Positions 8,824 to 18,191 of a DNA stretch of 63,929 nucleotides are shown here, in pieces. A program made the translations under genes and the position numbers. The stretch covers positions 1 to 63,929 of IMG/VR virus record IMGVR_UViG_3300034117_000797; one strand, given 5' to 3'. A model generated the notes under the pieces. The model had not been told where the DNA came from. It saw nothing but the letters and a program-made list of their open reading frames with translations, and searched no databases. Every line of letters starts with the position of its first letter. The first letter of the stretch is position 1. The DNA is from a virus. Its lineage: Duplodnaviria; Caudoviricetes.

Positions 8824-8945
8824 TATGAGCAAAGACAAAGAACAAGCAAGTGTGAGAATGTGCGTAGGCGCAACACACGCAGACAGAAAGTATTGGTGGA
8901 CACAAGGTCGTGGAAGCTACAATACAGCGTTAATTAACAGAATAA

Positions 8946-9590
8946 GTGAAATCAAAAGAAACTATTATGACAACACAAAGAATCAAGCAGCAAGTAAGTA
9001 AGTATGTATTCGCACTAGAGTATGTGCGTGACAAATGCGGTAAGAACGGTGGCAAGTTAGTCACCGCAGAGTTTAGGCGTGAGACTGGCCTCAATGCCGT
9101 AGCCGTCAAGGGTATGTTAGGCTTCGGATACATCAAGAAGATTAGTAGGGGTAAGTATATGTGGACAGCGCCAGATGTTGTTCAACCTATTATGGCTAGG
9201 AATGTGTACGAGTATGTCAAGGAATACTTTAGGAGTAACCACGACAAGCGTAACGGCAATGTAGTAGAGCAAGAAGTAGAGCAACCTATTGAAGATACAC
9301 ACGAAGAGCCTGACTATGTAGCAGGACTCATAGCAGAAGTTCAGATGCTTGAGCGTATGAATCAAGACTTGAGGGATGCATTCGAGAATGTTTCTAAAGA
9401 AAAGGATATGTACTGTTCATTGTATGATGCAGTATTTGAACAGCTGAGCGAGATGAAGGACAATCATAATGCTATTGTGAAAGATATTATGGACACACCA
9501 CAACTCATCTGCACATCGCTTGACAATGAACATACGTCTAGGACTTATTACTTCTTTGGATTGCCTATATGGTCAATTAAATTCAAATAA
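8946..9590 (+). CDS. Hypothetical protein, possible winged-helix plus coiled coil
   Basis: GYIKKISRGKYMW wing-like motif; heptad-rich C-terminal half; start may be 8967. Confidence 0.7.
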   Translation: MKSKETIMTTQRIKQQVSKYVFALEYVRDKCGKNGGKLVTAEFRRETGLNAVAVKGMLGFGYIKKISRGKYMWTAPDVVQPIMARNVYEYVKEYFRSNHDKRNGNVVEQEVEQPIEDTHEEPDYVAGLIAEVQMLERMNQDLRDAFENVSKEKDMYCSLYDAVFEQLSEMKDNHNAIVKDIMDTPQLICTSLDNEHTSRTYYFFGLPIWSIKFK

Positions 9591-9720
9591 TATGCTAGAT
9601 AAAATAGCGTTTGCAGTGGTAATCATATGTCACATTGTATTAGATGTGACTATGGTTGCTTTCTTAGTAACTTTATTCTGGAAGTTGATTGTTTAACATT
9701 AAATTAGATAGAAAAAAAAT

Positions 9721-10104
9721 ATGACAGTACTCGAATTGTTGGTAGACAATCTACCCGATGAATACATTCAAGCAGTAATCAACAACATCAAGGATAAGTC
9801 ATCGCTTCATAACGAGGCGACCAATATATCAGCTGAGTTGTTGTCGCTGTTTGATTGGGAATCATCGAAAGAGGGGTACGACTTTTGGGAAGAGGTATTG
9901 GAAGCCATACTGATAGCAGGTGAGCTTCCACCCTTACCCATAACGATTGGATACGCCCCATCCACAATGTTTTATTGCAAACATCAAATCTATTTGATGA
10001 ATGTCGGTGACACTGGCATTCACGTATCATTTGGATTACCAACCGACGCAATCAAGCACCTAGAAGGTGAAAGAAAAGAAAAAGTTTTAGCATTTATTAA
10101 CTGA
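9721..10104 (+). CDS. Hypothetical protein
   Basis: 127 aa ORF. Confidence 0.75.
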   Translation: MTVLELLVDNLPDEYIQAVINNIKDKSSLHNEATNISAELLSLFDWESSKEGYDFWEEVLEAILIAGELPPLPITIGYAPSTMFYCKHQIYLMNVGDTGIHVSFGLPTDAIKHLEGERKEKVLAFIN

Positions 10105-10119
10105 TATGAAAAATAATAT

Positions 10120-10233
10120 TACATTTGTACGTCTCACGCTACCAAGTTAGACACACAGACTAAGATTTTACTTGTTCTATTGGTTGGAACGAACCCTCAG
10201 TTGTGGCATGGTAGCGTGGACTGAGGGTTTTTT
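10120..10233 (+). ncRNA. Promoter plus three-hairpin kissing-loop leader/sRNA ending in a terminator (copy A)
   Basis: TACATTTG at 10120; loop CACGCTACCA (10135) is complementary to TGGTAGCGTG (10209) in the loop of terminator AACCCTCAGT/ACTGAGGGTT-TTTT. Confidence 0.7.
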
Positions 10234-10503
10234 ATTGCCCTTAACATAGGGTGTTGTATGCCATTGAACATCATTATCAAAAACAATGTCTCACAATGAA
10301 CGCTTGTTCCGAACAACAAACCCTGCTCTGTCTAACGCTTGACAACAGGTACTGCATACCGAAAGGTAATGGAATCAAGTGAGCCAAATAGCCCATTGCT
10401 TAGGCAAGAATAAATAAGAAAGGGTCGCAGAGGGAAGTGTCATTGGTTGGGAAATCTTAATTAAATGCTGTGTATGGTATATGCAGTATAAAAGCGAAGC
10501 TAT

Positions 10504-10743
10504 ATGAAGAAAGAAAGAATAACAGTATGGGTAATGCTATGGGAATTAGTATGGTTCTCATCAGCAATGGTACTAGGAGCAATGTTAATGCTTATGTACC
10601 TTAAGACAAAAGAAAAGAAAGAAGATGCTAGACAATCAGCTTATCTCTTTGAGGAACCTAGGGACTGGTCAACAGACACCACTCTCCACAGAGACAAGCG
10701 TGACTACATCGAATATTTATTTAACAAAACAGAAGAACAATGA
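10504..10743 (+). CDS. Small membrane-anchored protein
   Basis: N-terminal hydrophobic segment; coupled to the next gene. Confidence 0.65.
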   Translation: MKKERITVWVMLWELVWFSSAMVLGAMLMLMYLKTKEKKEDARQSAYLFEEPRDWSTDTTLHRDKRDYIEYLFNKTEEQ

Positions 10744-10958
10744 AGACAGCAGTAGAATGGTTAGAGCAAGAGATTGGCAAGAAGAATATGGGAGCATTCC
10801 TAGAGGATAAGATAAAGATTGCCAAGGAAATGGAACAGAATCAAATCGGGAGCGCTTTCCTAGCAGGAGGTCAATCAGCCTTTAGCTTTAAGGGTAATGG
10901 AGAATTCAAAACAATAGAAGAGTACATTGAAGAAACCTATAAAAAAGAAGAGCAATGA
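10740..10958 (+). CDS. TAVEWL-family small protein, paralog 2
   Basis: MKTAVEWLEQ...AKEMEQNQI...YIEETYK. Confidence 0.8.
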   Translation: MKTAVEWLEQEIGKKNMGAFLEDKIKIAKEMEQNQIGSAFLAGGQSAFSFKGNGEFKTIEEYIEETYKKEEQ

Positions 10959-11233
10959 CCGTAGCAAAATTTTTAGAACACGTAGCAAGCAAAGTTCCAG
11001 TGGAATGGGATAGGTATGTGGAAGATGAAGGTTCATACAGTGTGTATGGATGGATACAGCGTAGCGATGGTAAGAGAGACTTCGTGTTGGTCAATATAAA
11101 GGAAGACCTTGGAACTTATGTAAGTTTCGTCACATCATCAGCTAAGTACAGCAGAACATTAACCGAAGTCATATATGGAGAAACATCAGACCATATTGAC
11201 TGTAAAAAAGTAGAAGATTTATACAAAGAATAA
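10955..11233 (+). CDS. Hypothetical protein
   Basis: 92 aa, ATGA-coupled. Confidence 0.75.
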   Translation: MTVAKFLEHVASKVPVEWDRYVEDEGSYSVYGWIQRSDGKRDFVLVNIKEDLGTYVSFVTSSAKYSRTLTEVIYGETSDHIDCKKVEDLYKE

Positions 11234-11572
11234 TGAGAAGACTAATGATACTAGAGAAAATTGTAGCGTGGGGATTGGTAATCCTACTCGTTATGGGGTT
11301 TATTACAATGACAGCGCTAATGTTCTTCGGAGCATACACCGCATTTGAATTACTAATGAGTGTTAAAAATCAGTGAAATGGAGAAATTACAAATGGAAAT
11401 TGAGAAGACTAAGCAGAAGATTAAACACTGCAAAGTCAATGATATGCTTTATGACCTTGAGAGTTATGAGGCTAAGCTAGAGATACTAGAAGAAGAATTA
11501 AAAAAATATATTCAATAAATCTTTTGGTAATCAAAAATATATTATTAACTTTACGGACAAATCAAATGAGTT

Positions 11573-11881
11573 ATGAACAAGGCGAAAGGAATCAAAGACT
11601 TAATGGAGTCTCAACGCTACAAAATCAAGCACCTATCTAAAGCATTAAAAGAAGCGAATATCCCTGGCAACTGGGACTCCACACAGAACCTATACAATCT
11701 AACTAATGGCGAGGTTGTACCAAAAGATGCATATGTATATGTAGTAATGTCAAACCTATTGAATGTAGACATTAAAACAATCCTTAACAGGTACACAGCA
11801 GTAACACAAGTAGAAGAAGAAAGGTTCACACCAACAATAGTCGAGTCATCAATCACAAGAGACATTGAACTTGACTGGTAA
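11573..11881 (+). CDS. Putative XRE-like HTH DNA-binding protein
   Basis: Helical pattern IKHLSKAL...LYNLTNGEVVP...MSNLLNVDI; promoter-like TTTG..TAACTTTA upstream. Confidence 0.55.
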   Translation: MNKAKGIKDLMESQRYKIKHLSKALKEANIPGNWDSTQNLYNLTNGEVVPKDAYVYVVMSNLLNVDIKTILNRYTAVTQVEEERFTPTIVESSITRDIELDW

Positions 11882-11907
11882 TTAGTAATCAATAAAAGCA
11901 AATAAGT

Positions 11908-12948
11908 ATGAATTTTAATGAGTTATCAAGACCATTGGATATTTCCGATGTAGACTTCCGTGTCCAATCTATTAACAATGGTGGCTATGCTACAATCCTT
12001 GCGTACAAAGACGCTAGGGTAGATATGAATAGACTAGATGAGGTATGTGGCATAGGCTACTGGAAGCGAGACTTCAAGGAAATCAATGGCAAATTGTATT
12101 GCGGTGTAGCCGTGTACAACAAGGAAATCTCTGAGTGGATATGGAAATGGGACGTAGGTACTGAGTCAATGACTGAGGCAACCAAAGGTCTAGCGTCAGA
12201 TGCATTCAAGCGTGCGTGCTTCAACCTAGGGATTGGTCGTGAGTTGTATGACTACCCAATCATCAGCGTTAAGCTTAACGAGAACGAGTGGACTAAGGAT
12301 GGTGGCAGGCCTAAGCAGACCTACAATCTACATATCCGTGATTGGAAATGGTATTCAGAGTTTACTGATGGTCGCATTACATTCCTAGCGGCTAAGGATG
12401 AGAACGGAAAGGTTCGATTCAAATGGGGCGTTATGAAGCCGAAAGAAGAAGAACCTGAGTACAAGGCTGCAGCAGCACCAGAAGTAGCAGCAGAACCTAT
12501 CGTAGAGGCTCCTGTAGAGGTTGTGGCAGAGGTTACACCTACACCAGTAGTAGAGGAAGGGAATGTGCAAGGTATGTTGAAGCAAGAAATTGAGGTGCTA
12601 AATGATACCGAAAGACAACAAGCAATCACTTATTACGAAGAGATGTTTGGTAAGAAACCACACCACAAGATGTCTACACTTCGTATCATTGAAGAGTATC
12701 AGCGTGAAGCTGAGAAGCGTGAAGCTGAGTTGAAAGAAGAAGCTACGGTTGAAGAGGCTGAGATTGTTCAGAATGAAGCATCAATCCTTGACTACTTGGA
12801 TATGGTAGATGATTTCAAAGACCCTGCTGAGTTTGTTAAGTGGGCTAAAGATATTGTCGCTCATTTTGATGGGGTAGACAGCGAAGCTGCTATTCAAGGC
12901 TTCAGACAAGTATGTAACGAACATTACTCAAAATTAGTTAAGAGATAA
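11908..12948 (+). CDS. sak: Sak/Rad52-like single-strand annealing protein
   Basis: LAYKDARVDMNRLDEVCG, WKWDVG, KGLASDAFKRA..LGIGRELY. Confidence 0.85.
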   Translation: MNFNELSRPLDISDVDFRVQSINNGGYATILAYKDARVDMNRLDEVCGIGYWKRDFKEINGKLYCGVAVYNKEISEWIWKWDVGTESMTEATKGLASDAFKRACFNLGIGRELYDYPIISVKLNENEWTKDGGRPKQTYNLHIRDWKWYSEFTDGRITFLAAKDENGKVRFKWGVMKPKEEEPEYKAAAAPEVAAEPIVEAPVEVVAEVTPTPVVEEGNVQGMLKQEIEVLNDTERQQAITYYEEMFGKKPHHKMSTLRIIEEYQREAEKREAELKEEATVEEAEIVQNEASILDYLDMVDDFKDPAEFVKWAKDIVAHFDGVDSEAAIQGFRQVCNEHYSKLVKR

Positions 12949-13424
12949 TGGATATATTCAAGGAAGATAATGATGTGCTGTCTATCGGGATAGACACCAT
13001 CACGAAGGCTAATCTAAATCAGATGGCTTCAAACATAATCCACAATGTATTGAATGGAAATGCTGACGCACTGCACGAGTATATCAAAGCAAAGGCATTA
13101 GCAGAGCTAGCATCAATAATGGTTGATGGATTGAAGGAGTCAGCTGTCGAAGAGGCAGATAAGTACGCAGGTCAGGAGAATATCTTCGGTTGTAAGGTGG
13201 TAGTTAAGTCTACCCCTACAACTTATGACTTCTCACACGATGATGAGTGGCGCATACTGAACGAGAATGTAGAGACTATGAAGGCTAAGATGAAGGAGCG
13301 AGAGGCTCAGATGATTGAGGCAACTAAGTATGCTGAGTTAGTAACCACGAGTGGAGAAGTTATACCGCCTGCGGAGGTAAAGAAACAAGGAGGTTCAACA
13401 TTATCTATAACAATACCAAGATGA
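12948..13424 (+). CDS. Hypothetical recombination-module protein
   Basis: 158 aa, TAATG-coupled to sak. Confidence 0.75.
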   Translation: MDIFKEDNDVLSIGIDTITKANLNQMASNIIHNVLNGNADALHEYIKAKALAELASIMVDGLKESAVEEADKYAGQENIFGCKVVVKSTPTTYDFSHDDEWRILNENVETMKAKMKEREAQMIEATKYAELVTTSGEVIPPAEVKKQGGSTLSITIPR

Positions 13425-13954
13425 GTGAAGACAAAGATTTAAGAATGGAAACTGTTAATTTGTTGAGGGCCGTTATGAAACTATCATCGGCCCTTAATAA
13501 TCTTGACAACTTAAGTACACCAAAGAACAAGTACTTGAAGTATAATTTCAAACGGAAAGCCAAGGATTGGTCTACCGTTATGGAGAAGCAAACATCAGCA
13601 TTGATGATTGAGTTATTCAAAGAAGATGAAACATTGCTAATGGAAATCTATGACGCATTTGAAAAGTGTGATACGGTATGCGTATCTGACGATGAAGATA
13701 GACAGAACTTAGTTATCTTCTATGTCAAACTCAGGAGTGCTATGTGGGATATAGAGCAGATGAAGGAGTACAAAAACACTATGTATCCGTACATCATCTC
13801 TTTCTTCACAGGTGAGTTGCTTACTCAAATAGAAAAACAATACGCAGACATTCCTTTACTGCGAGATGCTGAAGGAAAACATATCAATGAAGTAATAAAA
13901 TATTACAATGAAGTTGGGGAAAAGATTATGCACTATGCTGACAGTGCTGAGTGA
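13421..13954 (+). CDS. Hypothetical protein
   Basis: 177 aa, coupled. Confidence 0.75.
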   Translation: MSEDKDLRMETVNLLRAVMKLSSALNNLDNLSTPKNKYLKYNFKRKAKDWSTVMEKQTSALMIELFKEDETLLMEIYDAFEKCDTVCVSDDEDRQNLVIFYVKLRSAMWDIEQMKEYKNTMYPYIISFFTGELLTQIEKQYADIPLLRDAEGKHINEVIKYYNEVGEKIMHYADSAE

Positions 13955-14001
13955 TACTGTAGCGATACTAATTATTTATTTAGTTTATAGGGATATGTAG
14001 T

Positions 14002-14322
14002 ATGGAAGAATGGGTTGAGTGGATTGATAGAGCCACATATGAACACACAATGACCGTCTATGATAAACTTGCAGAGCTGGCTGTATCAAGCTATGATTTG
14101 AGCCGTAAAAGCCGTAAGGCTGAGCTTAAAGACCAGTGCCAGTATTTTTTCAAATGGTGGTATGCGAACCGAAATAGAATGGCTAAGTACAAAACATACG
14201 AGAGAATTGCCGAACTACTTAGGAAAGACCATACCACCGTTGTTCACGCTCTCCATTATCGCAAGCCTACATTGTTCTATGATGAGAACGTAAGATGTTT
14301 AAGGGATTTTTTAAGAAGCTAA
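14002..14322 (+). CDS. DnaA C-terminal-domain-like HTH protein
   Basis: IAELLRKDHTTVVHA resembles the DnaA domain IV signature IG..F.RDHTTV.HA. Confidence 0.7.
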   Translation: MEEWVEWIDRATYEHTMTVYDKLAELAVSSYDLSRKSRKAELKDQCQYFFKWWYANRNRMAKYKTYERIAELLRKDHTTVVHALHYRKPTLFYDENVRCLRDFLRS

Positions 14323-14323
14323 T

Positions 14324-14734
14324 ATGGAATGGGTAAATTTGAACGAGACAATAGAGAAATACTTTGGCCCTTTTTGCGACGACAAGGTTCGTAATGATTT
14401 TATGAGGGCTGCCTCTGTAGACATTAAGAGTTTTGAAAAGACAGACAAGGAATGGATAATCAGCACATATAATTCTATCTTTGGCAAGAAGTCAAGGATA
14501 ATTAGTGCCGCTGTCAATAAGAAGTACAACACTGTACTCAAAGCTTTTAGTCGTGATGAACTTGAGAAGGCAATGAAAGCTGCGAAGCGGGATGACTTTC
14601 ACAAGAACAGCAACTACAAGTACTGCACCTTGGAATACTTCTCAAGAGTAGACCAAGTGGATAAGTGGTTGAACGCTTTCACCGAGACCGATAAAGAGCA
14701 ATTCGTTTTGCCTAAGTTTAACATTAAACAATGA
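14324..14734 (+). CDS. Putative replication initiator / helicase loader
   Basis: Directly upstream of DnaB; D.FH....Y..LEYF.R...DKW motif typical of phage initiator C-terminal domains. Confidence 0.55.
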   Translation: MEWVNLNETIEKYFGPFCDDKVRNDFMRAASVDIKSFEKTDKEWIISTYNSIFGKKSRIISAAVNKKYNTVLKAFSRDELEKAMKAAKRDDFHKNSNYKYCTLEYFSRVDQVDKWLNAFTETDKEQFVLPKFNIKQ

Positions 14735-14738
14735 GTAT

Positions 14739-16136
14739 ATGAATCAAATGCAGATGCGTTCAGAGCAACTGGTAATCAATGCCGTGCTGACAGACCCAGA
14801 TACTATTCATGGTATTATGTCTGCCGTTTCTGCTGATATGTTTCATTTTCCTGTTAACCAACTAATCTTTAAGACGATTAGTGAGTTGTATATGGACAAC
14901 GAGCCAATCAATTTGCTCACCGTTTACAAAGGTCTTAGGTCATCAAAGTCTCTACATAAGACAGATGCATTGAGCGATGTTAGTCGAATACATTCAATGT
15001 TTACATCTGCTGAGAGGCTTGAGACTTCTACCGCAATATCAATGCTTATAGCCGAGAGTATTCGTCACGAGCATATTGATTTGGGTAAACACATTATGGA
15101 TGATGCAAACTCAGACTCGTACTCACCAGACAAGACGCTTGCCCTAATGCAAGACCACCTGCTTGACAATAAGTTCAAGGCTATACTCAACAAGAAGGAA
15201 TATTCTAACGAGTCATTGCTTGATGAACTTGACAAGAAGATGGAGCAAGCGGCATCTCAGGACGGTATCAACGGAATACGAACTGGATACGATAGGTTCG
15301 ACACTGTTACCTCCGGTATGCACGCCACGAACTTAATCATTGTGGCAGCGAGACCTGCGATGGGTAAGACACAGTTTGCATTGGGAATAATGAAGGCGGC
15401 TAGCATTCGTGATAACTACAAGGGATTGTTCATCTCCTGTGAGATGGATGAAGTTCAAGTAATGAAACGGATAATTAGTGTAGACAGCGGAGTGAAAGGT
15501 TACTCAATAAAGCGAGGAAGATTACAGCGTGATGAGGTTCTGAGATTTGAAAAGTCAAGGAAGCGAATTGCTCAATCAAAACTAAAGATTGTGGCAGGCT
15601 CATTCACGATATCAGATGTGCTTTCATTGGTGTACAAGATGAAACATTCAGAGGGCTTGGATTATGTTGTTATTGACTACATACAAAAGATAACATCGCC
15701 AGGCACACAGAATAGAACAAACGAGGTCGGAGATGTTTCTAGGAAACTCAAGGATATGGCAAATGAATTGAAGATACCCGTCATTGCATTAGCTCAGCTC
15801 TCACGAGCAGTTGAGCATCGTACTGATAGGAAACCTATCCTCAGTGATTTGCGTGAATCAGGAGACATAGAACAAGATGCAGACATTGTAACTTTCCTTT
15901 ATCGCCCAAGCTATTATATGTCAGTTGAGGAACGGGATAACAACCCGATGGCTCAAGATGGCTACTTGATAATAGCTAAGCATAGAGATGGAGAATTGGA
16001 GGATATACAGCTGAAGTTTGACTCAGATATTCCTGCGTGGTTAAATCCTAATAGAGATGACTACAAGGAAGAATATGTTCAATCAGCACTTACCCCTAAC
16101 ACTGGATTCGATTACCAAGGTTCACAACCATTTTAA
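14739..16136 (+). CDS. dnaB: Replicative DNA helicase DnaB
   Basis: AARPAMGKT Walker A, VVIDYIQ, LAQLSR, SDLRESGDIEQDAD, IAKHRDG. Confidence 0.97.
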   Translation: MNQMQMRSEQLVINAVLTDPDTIHGIMSAVSADMFHFPVNQLIFKTISELYMDNEPINLLTVYKGLRSSKSLHKTDALSDVSRIHSMFTSAERLETSTAISMLIAESIRHEHIDLGKHIMDDANSDSYSPDKTLALMQDHLLDNKFKAILNKKEYSNESLLDELDKKMEQAASQDGINGIRTGYDRFDTVTSGMHATNLIIVAARPAMGKTQFALGIMKAASIRDNYKGLFISCEMDEVQVMKRIISVDSGVKGYSIKRGRLQRDEVLRFEKSRKRIAQSKLKIVAGSFTISDVLSLVYKMKHSEGLDYVVIDYIQKITSPGTQNRTNEVGDVSRKLKDMANELKIPVIALAQLSRAVEHRTDRKPILSDLRESGDIEQDADIVTFLYRPSYYMSVEERDNNPMAQDGYLIIAKHRDGELEDIQLKFDSDIPAWLNPNRDDYKEEYVQSALTPNTGFDYQGSQPF

Positions 16137-16137
16137 T

Positions 16138-16671
16138 ATGAACAAGAGATTTTCAAAAGAACTATACGACGAATCAAACACAGTGGCTATGAGTACAGCT
16201 GTCACAATTTTAGAAACAATTTGTGACGGAAAAGCTTATAGACTTGACGTACCACTGCACATGCAGGAGGAATCATATAAGTCCCACGACTTTGTGATAA
16301 GCAGGCTACACGACACAGGAACTACCAATGTCTATGTGGAGGTTGAAAAGAAGCGTGTGTGGGGTACATCAGGTAAGTGGGAAGGGTTTAGTACGATTGA
16401 TGTTCCTTATAGGAAGTCAGAATCAAAGGCTAATCTATTTGTTATGGTAAACAACAATAATGATACTGCAGCCATAGCAAGAATGAGTGATGTAGTATCG
16501 TCTCCAATCGAATCAAAGCGGACCATTTATACAGACGATGAAAAGTTCTTCAAGGTTGGGCTAGACAAGTTCAAGTTCTATTACAACGTAGCCCCGAGAG
16601 GGAGTCACTTGTATATGCTTAACTATGTAGATAGTTGGATTGAGATTAAACCTAATGGAGATATATTCTAA
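16138..16671 (+). CDS. PD-(D/E)xK-like nuclease
   Basis: HDFVI...VEVEKK motif; likely start ATG 16138. Confidence 0.55.
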   Translation: MNKRFSKELYDESNTVAMSTAVTILETICDGKAYRLDVPLHMQEESYKSHDFVISRLHDTGTTNVYVEVEKKRVWGTSGKWEGFSTIDVPYRKSESKANLFVMVNNNNDTAAIARMSDVVSSPIESKRTIYTDDEKFFKVGLDKFKFYYNVAPRGSHLYMLNYVDSWIEIKPNGDIF

Positions 16672-16711
16672 TGTATAAGAAAAAGCATTATCTATACGTG
16701 ATTATATGCAT

Positions 16712-16765
16712 TTGCATATTATATGTATCACAATGGGTGTATTTATATGCTTTTGCATATTATAT
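16712..16765. repeat. Duplicated AT-rich palindrome TTATATGC(A/T)TTTGCATATTATAT
   Basis: Copies at about 16712 and 16743. Confidence 0.7.
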
Positions 16766-16852
16766 TGTCAGGTTATAGGCTGAAAAAAAAGCTGAATTAA
16801 CCTTAAAATTGAATTATTTTTTGTATATTCGTAAGGCTAAAACCTTAAGTAT

Positions 16853-17326
16853 ATGATATATTTAATTTCACACGAAAACAAATTTTTGAAGATTGGGTAC
16901 ACTAAAAATATCCATAAACGATTAAGTCAACTACAAACTTCAAATCCAGTCAAATTAGAAGTCTTACACCTTATAGAAGGAAACACTGATTTAGAGAAAG
17001 AACTTCATCAATCATTTGGTCATTTAGTTGTAAGTGGTGAATGGTTTGAATTTCATGAATCTATACTAGATTACTTTAAGGATAAAGAATGCTTGATGTG
17101 GTCAGCAGGATTTACTATTAGTGAAAAAGTGTCAGTTACAGGATTGATAAAAGCAGAAAGATTAAAATTAAATATGTCATTAGAAACCCTTGGTGATATG
17201 TATGGATGCACAGCACAGTCAGTTCGTGAAATAGAACAAAGAGAAATTCAAGGCTCATTGACTCTAGGGATATTGTATAAGATGGCAAAATTATTTAACA
17301 AGAAGTTTGAATACAGATTCAAATGA
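16853..17326 (+). CDS. GIY-YIG (T5orf172/MUG113-like) nuclease fused to an XRE HTH
   Basis: MIYLI..LKIGYT..RLSQLQT.NP...GEWF; C-terminal LIKAERLKLNMSLETLG...QSVREIE. Confidence 0.85.
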   Translation: MIYLISHENKFLKIGYTKNIHKRLSQLQTSNPVKLEVLHLIEGNTDLEKELHQSFGHLVVSGEWFEFHESILDYFKDKECLMWSAGFTISEKVSVTGLIKAERLKLNMSLETLGDMYGCTAQSVREIEQREIQGSLTLGILYKMAKLFNKKFEYRFK

Positions 17327-17406
17327 CCCTTAAAAAGTGCATTATGATACACTTTAACGTAAAATACTGTTTACAAAAACGAGTAAAAATGTAAAAACTA
17401 TTTAAC

Positions 17407-17619
17407 ATGAAGAAACAAACAGCAGTACAATGGTTGATTGAGCAATTAGAAAAAGAATATAATTCATTTCCATTACTTAATTCAGAAGCTTGTATTCAAG
17501 CTCTAGATATGGAGAAAGAGCAGATAAGAGATGCTTGGAAAAATGGAGATGGTGAATTTGATAAAGCCTCAGATTCATTATCTGAATTATACTACAATGA
17601 AACATATAAATCAGAATAA
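17407..17619 (+). CDS. TAVEWL-family small protein, paralog 3
   Basis: MKKQTAVQWLIEQ...ALDMEKEQI...YYNETYK. Confidence 0.8.
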   Translation: MKKQTAVQWLIEQLEKEYNSFPLLNSEACIQALDMEKEQIRDAWKNGDGEFDKASDSLSELYYNETYKSE

Positions 17620-17620
17620 C

Positions 17621-17851
17621 ATGGAAGCAAAAACAGCAGTTCAATGGTTAATTGAACAAATCAAAGAAGACCAAAATGTAAAGGCAAAGTCAGGTTCAGA
17701 ATGGAAAAAGACATTTGACCAAGCATTAAAGATTGAGACTATACAGAGCCAACAGTACGCTGAGTTCTGTGTAAGGTGTGATAGAGACAAGCTACCACTA
17801 CTAGAGTTTGAATCGTACATTAACATTGAAGAAAAAGGAGAAGATGTTTGA
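17621..17851 (+). CDS. TAVEWL-family small protein, paralog 4
   Basis: MEAKTAVQWLIEQ; ATG lies 1 nt after the previous stop. Confidence 0.75.
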   Translation: MEAKTAVQWLIEQIKEDQNVKAKSGSEWKKTFDQALKIETIQSQQYAEFCVRCDRDKLPLLEFESYINIEEKGEDV

Positions 17852-18155
17852 TATTTTCGCAGAGAAGGAGCCTCCCAAGTTGTACATAGCTGACCTTGAG
17901 ATTCAAGTTGTAATCCCTGGAAAGGCAAGGACATCTAAGCCTACGATTAGGAACATCAAGTTACCGAACAATCCTATTGTTCTTACCGACGGAAAGTTTC
18001 CTACAAGCAGGAGTGAGACAACCTTCTTTAGAAAGATACACTCAACACACATAGGAAGAGGAGAGTTTGATAAAATCAGATTCAAGATTACTAAGATGGA
18101 CAATGTTAGGTTCTCCTCAAACCTTATGTATAAATTCGATTACGACAAACATTGA
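17844..18155 (+). CDS. Hypothetical protein
   Basis: Likely start MFDIF within track ORF 17808..18155. Confidence 0.65.
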   Translation: MFDIFAEKEPPKLYIADLEIQVVIPGKARTSKPTIRNIKLPNNPIVLTDGKFPTSRSETTFFRKIHSTHIGRGEFDKIRFKITKMDNVRFSSNLMYKFDYDKH

Positions 18156-18167
18156 TAATAAATTTTG

Positions 18168-18175
18168 TATATTTG
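18168..18175 (+). promoter_or_regulatory. Bacteroidota -7 promoter element
   Basis: TATATTTG, 16 nt before the MazG-like gene. Confidence 0.6.
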
Positions 18176-18191
18176 TAACAATAAATAAAGT

